A stretch of 63,772 bases of DNA, filler included, from Choristocarpus tenellus KU-1152 (taxonomy: Eukaryota > Protista > Phaeophyceae), in assembly GCA_964200185.2 (NCBI GenBank). It is 12 parts of 12 records of this genome, joined end to end, with 100 filler letters (N's around TTAATTAATTAA, not from the genome) between each part and the next. Parts side by side here need not be neighbours in the genome. Positions count along the whole stretch, not along the records: positions 10,307 to 13,126 come from CAXNAD020024475.1; positions 13,227 to 16,054 come from CAXNAD020024388.1; positions 16,155 to 18,766 come from CAXNAD020026286.1; positions 18,867 to 22,920 come from CAXNAD020016457.1; positions 23,021 to 29,165 come from CAXNAD020008838.1; 7 more parts are not named here. One strand, written 5' to 3'. Shown in pieces: positions 12,972-25,604 of the stretch. Made by a program: the position numbers and the translations under genes. The notes beneath the pieces are model-generated. The model was not told the origin of the DNA. It searched no databases and was given only the letters and a program-made list of their open reading frames with translations. Within the stretch, counting starts at the first letter, position 1; every line of letters starts with the position of its first letter.

Positions 12972-14647
12972 CTACATGGTGCGCACATGTGTGAAAGAGA
13001 GTTAGAGATAGAGCGAGCGAGTCGAGTGGCATTCTTGGGAGGGGAGAGGGGGGGGGGGGGGGAAGGATCCAACAAAAAAAGAAACGAAAGAAAAAAGCAC
13101 GAAAGGGCACCGTCGTAAAACCACACNNNNNNNNNNNNNNNNNNNNNNNNNNNNNNNNNNNNNNNNNNNNTTAATTAATTAANNNNNNNNNNNNNNNNNN
13201 NNNNNNNNNNNNNNNNNNNNNNNNNNGCAGTAAATGGATTGGATAACCAGTAAAATTCTCCTCCCATGTGGTGTTGACTTGAGAATTCGTATTTACTGTT
13301 ACCATACTCCTTTGCATAGTCTGTATATCATGCTTTGCCGTCGTGTCATAACCTATCGTTTCAGTGAAGAGATTATTGTGGGTATGTATGGTACAGATCT
13401 TGGCCCAATTTTTTTTTGTTTATTAAATTGAGTGTTTATGTACTTATTTCAAGAACTAGTGTCCCTTGGCCAGATCTCGTGGTACCCACATACTATAAAT
13501 CCTTTACATAGGTTGTCCATCTAGTTTAGACAAATCGTTTGAGTGTCATTTTGTCATAGATGGGTATAGTCTATCGTTTTGTAAAGAGATGAGAAAACTG
13601 GTAACAGATGCCAGTTAACCTGTTCACGTCCAGCTCTGACTTGGCATCTCATGTTTACCAGGTTTATCAATCCTTGCGAATAGACTATACATAAATGTTG
13701 ATGGATTTAGATTAATTAATATACAATTAATTTTATCTCTCAACTCTCCTCGTTTGCATGAGTGGACATATTCGGTGGTGAAGAGACCGTATCACTGGGC
13801 ACATCAATACATTAGCACTTGTGTGCTAAAGGTGACTGTTCATTACATCATGTCTCGTTTTCATGAAATGGATTTATTGATCATCACGAAATGACTAATC
13901 CCATCCTAAAATGGAAAAAAATAATAATTGAAGATTCATGTTTACCACCAGGTAAGAGATGGAGACTTCAGGTGAGCCATACATGTTATTTATTTTTCGT
14001 GTGGCAAGATGATTCCCCTGATATGATGTAATAACCATACAGTCATCTCGTATCGTGTTAGGAGAGTTGAGCCACCAATATTATACGCCCGAGTTGTCCA
14101 CTTGGAATATTGTAGTCGTCGTGAACAATATTCCAATCGAAGTCAGAATTGAGGAAGGAGAATGGGTGCACACATTTGATCCCATCGATTGCTGTGTTGA
14201 TTTGGTCATGTAACACGCGATGTTGTTTTCACGCATCAGAGTGGTGATCAAATCATCGTATAACACCCGTATAGCAATGTCGAATGACAAATACTAGTCA
14301 AACCGTTTGTCATTGTATATAGTGTTTGCTCCTTGTATCCCTATTCTGAGTGTATCCTCTTTTTAATACAAGATAATAAGAGACCCTATATGCTGATCCC
14401 ATACTCTCAGACCTCGTAACCTTGATTGGTGTGCTGAACACACACCATCAACGTTAGGCTAATGTTATCCTGATCAGATATTCATTACGTGCCTCGTTTT
14501 ATATATTACACTTCATTTTGTATTAATGGAGTCTTGTAATACAATGGTGCAATAGTATACTAACAGTCATACATGTTTCCCATTTCGCTCCCAGAGCTCA
14601 CTTTTAGGTTGACCTTGAATCATTTTTACATGGCTTCAAGGCCAATC

Positions 14648-15056
14648 AGAAGGGGGGGTGATGTGGAAAGCATGTTTATCTGTTATACCGTTATTGCCGT
14701 ATGTCATATACCGTTGTACCGATTGAGATTGTATTCTGAGACTTCGGTTCGACTGTGTGGAGCATATTCGGAGTAATAGATTTCCGTGTCTTCCCGCAAC
14801 GTCTCTTTATGAGCACGGTTTTCTGAAGACGGATGGAGGGTTTATTTTCTGAAACCCATCTGAATCGTGATCCTCCCCACTTCCTCAGTTCCCCACTTTT
14901 TCCTGCAAATCCCTTCAGTCTTGCATTTGTGTAACCATAACCTCGTCTTCTCGGTTACGGTTCGTCTTTGTTCGTCTGGTCCGTTTTGCCCAGTGATTCT
15001 CTTCGCCACCCTTGCCTGAGTGAACCACGCCGCCACAGAATCACACGATCAATACA
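14648..15056 (+). mobile_element. Polypurine tract plus 3' LTR of an LTR-retrotransposon family (family A)
   Basis: AGAAGGGGGGGTGA (14648-14661) directly precedes TGTGGAAAGCA at 14662. The sequence is homologous to 45764-46182 at both ends and ends ...GAACCACGCCGCCACAGAATCACACGAT...CA. Confidence 0.8.
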
Positions 15057-16769
15057 AGGCATAATAATATTTATATACGTACATAAAAAGCCGAAAAAAA
15101 GTAAATGGTACATGCCACTTCGACCCAACCCCCCAAAAATGTTCCTTTCCTACACTAAAACTTTTGGTTGACTTAAGTTATAAAATAGTGGAATTCCGCA
15201 ATTTTGTCTGAAATCCTTCTGTAGTAAATTTGTTTTGTCGTTGACAGTTCACATTACAGTTCACAGTTTAGGGTCGGATCTAATCTCCAACACCTTCAGC
15301 TCTAACTTTTTTCCAAAAAGGAGGGGAAATTTTGGGAAGGACCGTTTTTTTTAGTTGGTATCTTGTTAGTTCGTATTTGATATATTTGTCACTCCTTACA
15401 CACGAGGAACCCAATTCCATGTGGGCTAACATTTTCTCAGTCAGTGACTATCATGTCTATCATTTGTAATATATATAATGGTCGTTTCTTTGATTTTTTA
15501 TGTGAGATAGAGAGAGGTGAGAAGATTTTCTACATTTTGGACAGGCTATGTTAATCCGCCATATATCAACCTCCAAAATAATAAATGGATGTTGGTGGGT
15601 ATTTGGATGAGTAATTTTTGTGGTCCTTAACTACACGACAAGGAACTAAGTGCACGATTTCTTAAAAAATGTATATAAGGTAGAACCATTTTGACAAAAA
15701 TATATATTTTTTGTATTTTTTATGTTTTCAAATTCAAACATTGATAAAAAAACAGTGTGATATAATATACTTCTATTCACTAATATCTCTTTCATTGTAA
15801 CTAATTGGTGATGTATGTATATTATTCAACTACGATAGCAGCTTTTGAGTATTGTTCATCTGATTAAACATAAACCAAATATGAATTATAGGTGTGATGG
15901 GATTGATCACTCGTTCACTCACATTACTACTACTACTGTTGTCTGTTGTCTGTTGTTTGTATGTAGTTCGATAGATTATGTAATTTTGACGTTGAATTTT
16001 TTTGTAGAGATGTATGTTATCATTGAGAAAAAGACCCAAGGTATCTGGGGGGGGNNNNNNNNNNNNNNNNNNNNNNNNNNNNNNNNNNNNNNNNNNNNTT
16101 AATTAATTAANNNNNNNNNNNNNNNNNNNNNNNNNNNNNNNNNNNNNNNNNNNNCCCCCCTCCCAGATACTTTGGGTCTGTGATGTATTTTGGAATAAAA
16201 TGCCTTTAGGACCTACGCTTGGCACTTGAGTGGGTCTAGACTATGTTATTATGGCTCAGGGAAGTTGCCGTTGAATTCAAAGTTTGGAGCTGGGATGGTT
16301 GCCGCCGTTTGGATTGGCGTGGAAGAGGCGTCATCTGTTGTGAAAACCTTGACTTGTGCCGAAGATAGTGGTACGGAGTACGAGATGCTTGTCTGTCAAC
16401 GTTGTTCTAGCAAGGTTTCTGACAATTGCTCTGTGGTCCGATCAACGCAAAGAGGGGAGGAAAAAGGATTGGGGCATGACAGTAAGAGTGTTAGAGGATA
16501 GTGGCAGAACGCACTAATCAAGATGAAATCCAGGTTGCCATTGGGCCAATATAACATACGTATGAGGACACATAGACACAAATTCTTGAGAAAGATATTA
16601 TAATTAATATACCAAATGTATGAGTGTTGATTTAGAGAACATCCGACATCCCCAGTACAACATGTCTGTCGAGGCATGTGTCTGATTGGCGAAGTAGAGG
16701 GTGACTCAAGAACAGGAATTGGCCTAGGCTACTTCTCAAAGTCGTGTCTCTCGTCAGTATGGTGGCAGA

Positions 16770-17040
16770 GTGGGACTTGTCCAGAACCAGGCCCATGTAG
16801 GAGCATCTTGGTCTATACTGTATCGTTTCACAAGGAGCTGGAGATTCGCAATTCGCCATTCTCCCATTTTACCTCGTAGGGGTAGCTGAATCGCTCATCT
16901 TCAATTTTCACCGTGTAGTTTGGCTGGTACTAGGTCACGGTCCTTCGCATCCACTCATCGTCCCATCTGAAGTATAGTCCCCTGCCCTTGGCATCGGCAT
17001 TGAGTGTTTCTCCCTCATCTAAATCTGGCACAAAACTCAG
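16770..17040 (-). pseudogene. Degenerate Tudor/SH3-like barrel coding remnant
   Basis: GRGLYFRWDDEWMRRTVT*YQPNYTVKIEDERFSYPYEVKWENGE, then a frameshift to LLVKRYSIDQDAPTWAW. The aromatic pattern is Tudor-like; the segment contains a stop and a frameshift. Confidence 0.35.
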
Positions 17041-18199
17041 TGTCGGTTCAAGGAGTATCTATGCTTCTGCTGGCGGTCAACCATCGACCGGCGGCATTGT
17101 CCGACACGCTGGGCTGCAGCCTTGACACTGTCCAAAGATTTTTCACCATCGTCTGAAAGGTTGGACACTGAGTAAATGTATGCCCCTGAACCTTCCATAT
17201 GAACATCGCTGACCTTCCCCTGTTCGATAGACCCCCCACTCGCGTGTAGGATGAAGCTGGTTCCTCGACCGAACCTGGCGTCGGATGTGTCCCCAGATCT
17301 GAGTTGCCTTGAGAAGCGAGCAGGTATCCCACCGAGGGATTGCTGGTTGGGTTCTGAGGTGAGCCTATGGTATTGACCAGGCAGGATCGTGAATGTATTG
17401 TCCAGGTTGTTGTGGTCGACGTCTGTGAAGTCTGGGATGATGATAGCCTGAAGGGGCATGACGCGGGGACCTGGTTGTGTGTCCTGCATCACCACAAAGA
17501 TGTTCGTTGCAGGGGCTATGTTGGTGGGTTGAACTATTGGCATGTGTTTGCACGTGATGGCCTTGGTTGGTTGTATAAGGGTGTTGTTTCTTGATCTTTT
17601 TGAGAAACGGATATTTTTATGTATGATAGAGGATACACTTAGACAGCGGAATGAATGAATGGGATGCGTTTATTTGCCCTATGTAAGTTGTAAAATATTA
17701 TGTGAAATTTGAAGATCGTGGTTGTAGAGTAGGAGAAAAAAATGACACTGGTTTGGATGTCAGGATTGGACGCTATAGGAGGAATTTATGTAGGTTACAG
17801 GGGATGTAAGGGGATATGCAACATCTGTACGTGGACAGCGTGGATTCATTCGTGTGGAGCATTGTTCTCTTAGAAACAATAAGAAGCGTTTCTCACCTTG
17901 TTCGTCCGTGATATGCAAAGAGTTGGCACTCTATCAATAAAGCTAGCACTCAGCACCTCGAAATGTTCAGTGACAAAGACGACCTCATCTCCAGCACTAA
18001 ACATCCCTCCATAGCTGGAGTGGTGTCTGGCGTTCCATTGAATTGTGTCCTTCCGGAGGAGAGTAGACGGCAAGAACTCTATACCATTGTACTCCGATGG
18101 CTGCGTCCGCACAATGCATATGTTCCCCTCAGCGAGCTGTCTCTTCTTCCTCGACAGTTGGCTTCTCAAATTACATATCACCCGTTCCTGTTTCTGTGG

Positions 18200-18510
18200 A
18201 AAATCCGAGGTCTATCTCCTTAAGCAGGGGCATGTAGGTTAGTTGCCACCTGCATTCGACCAGGTTGCCGATGGAACAGTTCGTTTTGTAGCACGACAGT
18301 TCGGTGTATATCAATGTACAGGAGTCTCCGGTGGTGAGTCGACCAGTGAAGAACCTGTGCATGGACTTGATTCCACTGAGGTTTGGGACAGGTGGGTCCT
18401 GTCGTCTCGCACGGTTGATCTTGTAAGATGGAAGGCGGACTATCTCCTGTGTACTGAACGTGTCGATGTATAGAAATTTCGTATACGTGTTACTGTGCTG
18501 TCTGCCGTCC
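18200..18510 (-). pseudogene. C-terminal remnant of a Sola2-like DNA transposase
   Basis: STVTR/KFLYID...KINR...PNLSGIKSMHRFF...LIYTELSCYKTNCSIGNLVEC fits the R.F...I.R...G.+..H.F...LSC.C..C..G...C tail I associate with Sola2-type transposases. It is frameshifted and the catalytic core is not in the contig. Confidence 0.4.
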
Positions 18511-21500
18511 CTGTCCGTCCAATGCTAAGGGTTGTGGTGATTATGCGTATAAGGGGAGGGGTGGTACGTGTTGGAGTCAGTGTTGGTACCGAGGCAGCGT
18601 CCTGTGACCGATTCGATGTGAGGGCATTTTCTTTGGAGTGATATGTGCTACATATTCCTGGAACAAATGTTTGGTAAATGACAGATGTTAATATGTGATG
18701 AAACCCCAAACTGTAAGTTTGGGGTTAGGCTCAAAGTATCTGGGAGGGGGTGGCGGCTGTCCATTTNNNNNNNNNNNNNNNNNNNNNNNNNNNNNNNNNN
18801 NNNNNNNNNNTTAATTAATTAANNNNNNNNNNNNNNNNNNNNNNNNNNNNNNNNNNNNNNNNNNNNCCCCCCCAGATACTTTGACCCTCCATTTCCTCCT
18901 GTGAGTCTTCCCGCACCCCTTCAGTCCGAAGAATATGTCTGCTAGTTCCCATCTGTTTCACTCCCAAGATTTCTATATAATTCTTGGAAGTACCAGATAT
19001 GTAAAGTGTGTTTGAAATCAAGAAAACAACGATCCTCCTTCAATTATGACTGCCTGAAAATATTCTCCAAAATGCCAGTGAGGAGAAAATATGTATCTAT
19101 GAATACAAAATGATATTTATACAAGGTAAACAATATTTGGTCATGAAGTAAGATTAATTTTCTTTTACTATTTTGAAACATACAACCCGAACCCTAAACC
19201 TTTTTTTCTACCCACGCACCATTTTATATCAGAATTCAGGTGGTGCTTGTCTATTGAGGAAGCGCGTAACTTGAAAGTAAATATTGTGTGTTGAAGTCCT
19301 GTCTCAAAGAAGACATGCATGAGGTAGACATGCGACCAATGTTTTATGTCTTCTACTTGTTCCGGCAACAGATGATTGTATTCCTTCCATTCTACCCTAC
19401 TGCTGCCAGTCATCTGCTTTTCAAATTTAGGAGAAGACGATGCTCCTCTCCTGTAGTTTTACTTTTGTGGAGTGAGCAAGAGAGCATTCGCAAACCAGTC
19501 ACTAAACTTTCCTTTTCAAAACCTAATTTTGTAGGGTATGATGAGTGAACAGATCCCAGAGGTCGGTGGCCCAGATATGATCCCATCCACACTTGTGCTG
19601 AATGGGTTTCATGAGGTGGTGGGATTCTCAGAGTGGGATCAATATGATTGTGATGAAAAGATAACGAGATAGATGATAGAGACTTCCTAGGCCAATTCAT
19701 CTTCCTCCCTGAGTACCATATATATATAGTACTGTCCTAGTTCGATGAAGGACTAATAAAGCACTAGCTAGTCTTCTCAGTCGCAGTCCTGCATGTTGCC
19801 CATCACAGAACAACAGCGAGACAAACAAGGTGTAAAAAGGAGTACCGGATAGAGTTGGCGCTATAAAGGGAGCTAAGGGTGACGTCCTGTCCCTCTGAAA
19901 TGACTAGTTGAAGGATTGTTGTTCACTGCAAAGATACCACCATTATTACCATTACAAGGTGTGATCGCTTTCAACACTCTTGGAGTAATACCGATTACTC
20001 AACACTCATTCATTCACCTAACATCATCACTTGCCAACAACAGTAGTAGTTTGAACCGAATACATAAACTTATCTTAGTTTTTCCTTCTGCTACGTAACG
20101 CTCTGTAGTGCTACGAAATAGCTCCACTCGACCACAAGGAATAAGAAATATACGTCAGGGGAGCTGTGTGCAAGATATGGAAGGACGGGACGAGCACTTC
20201 AATGTGTAACTTTATTAAATACTTTGCAGTAGTGTATTCTAAGTACATAAAACAGACTCTGAGAAATTGATAACAAGGTTGAGCAGGCCAGCAGGGAGTT
20301 CACAGGGCAGAAGCATCTAATCAGCTGAGGATAGCACAAAAGGACATTCCATTGGTTGAAATGTTCCTCTTCCATTTAACGCGGCCTCCCAGACGCTAAC
20401 TATTTAAATGCTGCTCTCCATGAATAGAGCTGTATAGCTTTGGGATGACTGTGACGAGCAATGACATGTTGAAGTAACCAAAAATCGAATATTTTTTCTG
20501 ACACTACTGTCCACCTACTGGGGAGCCTGTTAATAAACAACACGACACATACACCGCAGCCCTAACCCTTGAATAAAAATGGGTTCAATACGGGTCCAAA
20601 TAGAACATACAATGCAATGTTATTATTGTGGTGGGTTACTGTATATTACCAGACCCCTCAACAGCTCACTTCTTTTTTTTTCATTTTACTGCCCCGTAAC
20701 TAAATAATCTACAATTGATTCTTACATCCAATGCCCAGAGGTGACAGAAAGCATGCCCTGGATTTGCACCATCTGCTGAACAGTCCAACTGACAACACCC
20801 TACCTCAACGGATGATTTGAGAGAGGCCGATGGCAGGTTTGAGATAGCAGATTGGCAAATATTTTGTAACATATTTGCTATTATAAGAGGGATAATGTAA
20901 ATCTAGACCTTGTTTTGACTCCAAACTCTGCAGGTTGTGGAACTCTCCCACCCACTTCCTCGTCACAACTCCCCACCCGTAGACAGGCTCGTCATCCTCT
21001 GGCAGACAGAAATCATGACCACGCCTCAGAAGGCGAGTCAAATGGACAGATTCTACAGGCAGCTCTTTGAATTGACTGCACTCCTGAGAAGGAATGAATG
21101 CTCCAGTAAACGGAGGAACAGTCCAGCGCAGGGGGCATAAAGTTCTGTTATAATAATAGTAATAATAAAAATAATGATGATGTATTCGTGTCTTACAAAC
21201 ACCTATTATTTCATATCGTGTGACCTACAGTATGCCCAACGACAAAAAGTTACTCTCAAGACCTGTGTGCAGGGGGTATATCATCAACTGCCTTTGAAAA
21301 AGCCCCCAAAAAAAGTAGCTGCCACCATAAATATACACAGAACAAACTGTTACAGGGCCCGCCCACACAAACCGCATGGAACACCATTTCTATGATAAGA
21401 AGGAGACAGGCAGACAGACAGACAGACAAGGGTCAACAGACACACGCGGCACCCCAAATCGTCCACCTCCCCTGGCCTCTCCCCAGAAAAACAATAAAAA

Positions 21501-23051
21501 AATCCATCCCAAGAGCAAAATTGATCAAGGATGTAACCAAAACCCCTATCAGGATCAGTGCAGTTTTTCCCACCACCAGCACGCTCCTCCATCTCCAGGG
21601 GCTTCATTAGAACAGCTAGAATACTGTGCTCGGCCCTGCAAAAGGCTCAAGGGTTCACACAATCAAGCCTCCGTATATTGTGAACAGAACATATTGACTA
21701 CATGTTCTATTAAAAAAAAAAGAGAATGGACTGAGATGGGGGCAGGGGCAAGGTGGGGCAGCTAAACTGTATGTGGCGGAAAGTAGGACATCGTAACACT
21801 TTTAGCACTCTTGAACACAGCATGGCATCATTACAATTCGGGAACAACGAAAACCTTTCAGAGGAAATAAAAAAAAATCAAAAGACCAAATACACTTCCA
21901 TCGAAAGTCTCTCCTCCACGATGCAGTCAGTCATGCACACACTACAGGAACTGTTTTCAACAGAAACGGTTCTCCTGGGTTAAAGACACATCCTGCCCAC
22001 CCCCCTCCACTAGCACCAATAGCAACACCTCTTAACAGGCACTGGGGGGGAGGGCAACCCTTGCCACTGATGGGTGACAACTTTGGCTACAACCATCTTG
22101 ACAACTTCTTTCGTTCCCCTTCTCTCATGACCAGGACCTTGCCACATAGAGGGATCCCTACGTCATCTGTTCCATTTCCCCCACCTCTTTTCCAACACCC
22201 GTCCAAACAAGTGAAAACAATTATGCTCTCACAGAAGCCCAACCTTAGTAGTATTTTATAGTATTAAACACACAGCAACAACAGCAGTGGGGTTAGCTGC
22301 AAGCAGCACAACCCAACTTCATAGGACAGCTAATTTTCCCATCCATCCCACCCCCAGCCAACCACCCACTTACCCTTGCCCCCCTCAGAAAAATATCTAA
22401 CCTTTGATCCAACACCCTACAATCAATTAATCCAATCAATCCCTGTACAGGAACAACAGCACCACGCCCCTGATCCTCTTATTCCATTCCAATTCCCAAG
22501 ACATTCTGCACAGTCAGGTCCCTAACACATTGAAAAATGCACCCCCTTTGTCCCCTTACCCCCCAAGACTGACCTTTACCTTTAGCTGGTCTTAATTTCC
22601 AAAATAAATAAAAAAGGAAAACATGCAACCAAGAGGCATCAGGAAACAAAGGCAACCTGTTTCCCACCATCGCTGACATTGTCATTCAGACTCTTTGGCC
22701 AAATACCTCCACTATTCCTGTACGCCCTAGCTTGAGCATTTGCCACCCCACCCTTAAGCACCTCACTGCTCCTACCAGTGCTATCGAGCATACTCGGGGG
22801 GATGGACAACAGTGCCTCTCCTCCATCTGCATGCCATCCCCCCCCCCGCGCCACCCCCGCCTCCCCCCTCCCTTTCCTCCGCACGGGCCTCTCCATCCCC
22901 CCCCACGCCTCCCCCCCCCCNNNNNNNNNNNNNNNNNNNNNNNNNNNNNNNNNNNNNNNNNNNNTTAATTAATTAANNNNNNNNNNNNNNNNNNNNNNNN
23001 NNNNNNNNNNNNNNNNNNNNAGAAGTGTGTATGTGGGGGGGGGGGGGGTGT

Positions 23052-23083
<32 letters not shown>

Positions 23084-25604
23084 GGGAAGCGACTGTTTCA
23101 AAAATTCTGACACAAAAATCACGTTGCCGAACAATAAAACAGATGTTTTTTTTGGTGATAAGAACAGCCCTCATTAAACAGGATGCCTCCAACTTGTACA
23201 TGGTGCTTCCCCCTGTAGTTTTGAGAAATTCTGTTTAAAAAAGATTTTTTTTGTGTGTGTGTGTTTTTATTATTATTTTTATTTGTGTCAATCCTTGCTC
23301 TGGGGTTATAACGCAGTCAATTGAAGGCACCTGTAGAGAGAGAGAGAGGGAGAGAGAGAGAGAGAGAGAGGAGGGAATGGGTGAAGAACAGATTGAAACT
23401 CCATCAAGTCACCTCACACAATAGGAGGAAGAGGAGGAACGAGAAGTTACAGATACTACAGAGAAGATGGTAGTTGGCACACACACCAACCTGGAGGTAC
23501 AAGTATCTCCTCCAAAATAGGGAGGGAAGATGCAAGTGTAGGCAAACGAGTCGAAGAGGATAGACCATGCAAATGCGAAAGGAGGGTACAGAACTTCACA
23601 TTCCAGCAATATAACTCTTGAGGATGGGCAATCCTTGTAAAAATGGGGCAGAGTGTATGATCTTTGTGCATTTGCCAAAGAGTGAACATGATGTGGATGT
23701 GGGTGTGTGGGTGAGTTTTGGCAAGAATATGCATGTGGGTGCATCTATTTATGTTTTCCTGCACGAGCTAAATTGAAGGGGTAGAGAATTTCACATGTTG
23801 CGTAACACTGTTGTCATTAAAAAGGCACTGTACAATACAGGAAACACCAAGCAAGCGCCGCTTACATGGCAACAGTGTAGAGTGCCTGACTGCAGTAGGG
23901 AATTTTATGCCGACTCCAAAAACTATCATACAAATAATTGGAATAGTGAAAGGGTAGTATGAGACGGTATTAGTATTGCCCAGCATAACAATACAAAATA
24001 ATACATCGGTTCTGCAAAATGAAGGTAACGAGTTCAAAGGGGCAACTCCACCACATACTCCTACTTTCTTTAGGCTCCAGCTTCCGTGTGATAATAAAAA
24101 ACAGTGTTATCTAGGAGCATGTTCACAGCACAAAGTGGTGAGGATGATGGTTGCCGTCACTCCAATTATCGTTTCGAAGGCTTGAGTCTACTGCCTGGGG
24201 ATGATCGCCAGGTGCATACGTACTGTGAAGGACCTTGAAAGTATTGCTTGAGACAGACTGAATATTCCTAATCCTGGGTTGGGGGGTGTTTTCATGAATA
24301 CCTGATCTAGGAACATATCCAGCGAGGGTTTCAGTGGGCAGTCATCAGGTAGTACCTCCAAGGGATTTCCATCCAGCATTGGGAATATGAGCTGCAACCA
24401 AACGCAGAAACGTATTGTGGTTAAAGAAGTGACGGTATTGAGAAGAAGGTTTGATATTACAGTAGATCCTTTCAAGGTATTTTAACATGGTTATTCACCG
24501 CAGTGAGCCACACGGTGGGAGGAGCACGATGCATGCACGTATACCGCATCAACGTGTGTCAAGAGATCGTTGGTAGTACTACCCACTCAAGTGCAACTTA
24601 ATCTGACGATTGGAAACAATGGCAACAAGTCTGCTGAAGGCATATCTATTGAGGAACCACTGTCGAGAATTCGGCCTTCTGGCCTCTGCGTATTATGAAA
24701 TTGCCTCATCTAACCCTAATATCAAATTTCTCCGCACCCCCTTCAACACCCACTACCTTCAAGGATATCCATCTCATCTGACTAACTTTATGAATGACCT
24801 CCCTGGCACGACGAGAGTCCGGACGAGAACAGTGGTGGAGCGACATCTGACCTCCCGCCTTGTATCTTCGCTTTGACCTTCTATGCCTACACCTCGTGCG
24901 AAAATGAATCAATCGAGACTTCTGTCTAGGAAGTGAACATTGTAAGGAACATCATGGTTACATGTTGGAAGATGGATGACTACTGAAATGAAGAGAGGAT
25001 TGGATTCATAGAGCCAGTTATACCCGCGGTTTCACGCCTCGCGCGTTTGAGACTGTACTTTCTACTCTCTGGTTTATTCGCCTCCATCCAATAGTTCACA
25101 GTACACTCATTTGTCCTTAATGGCCATCCGCACTGAATGAGTATCCAATGTGGTGCATTGGTAAGCCCAAGCTTATGTGTTGGTTCATTGTGCCCTTCCA
25201 ACTGAAGTTGGTTCTGGGCTGGGTTCATGTGTAGACCAATCTGCTGTTCTTTTCTCTCTTTCTGGTTAGTAGTTGTCCATCATGTCTTCCTTGGATATGG
25301 TTAGTGATACTCCAACCCCCTTCCATGAACTTGATTTGGTTGAACATTTCTTCCCCTCTATACTCCTGTAGAACTTGTTGCGAGCTACGTTCATTCGATC
25401 GGAAGGAAAATATCATGATTTTATTGGTCCTGCATCCTCACCAGCACAGGCCTTTGTAGCTAAATATTTGTCCCGTCTTCTGCAGAGATTGGAGGGAGTT
25501 TTCCGTACTTGACGTTCCCGTCCCATAAATACTTTCCAGTTTTGATGCAAACTATGAATCCTAACTATTTCCCTTGTGGGGTGCAGGGACAGAAGGGAGA
25601 CTCA

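Noticed and set aside
16033-18887. MITE left end and right end facing each other across linkers, suggesting contigs 3-4-5 are truly adjacent
   Set aside because: The 3-bp flanks disagree (AAA vs TGT; TTA vs TCC), so they are different insertions.
22770-22830. OTU-like motif HTRGDGQQCL
   Set aside because: The match is short, the spacing is wrong, and it runs into poly-C at the contig edge.
18890-25420. Coding-like patches in contig 5 and at the start of contig 6
   Set aside because: Frequent stops and no recognisable domain; probably old transposon debris.
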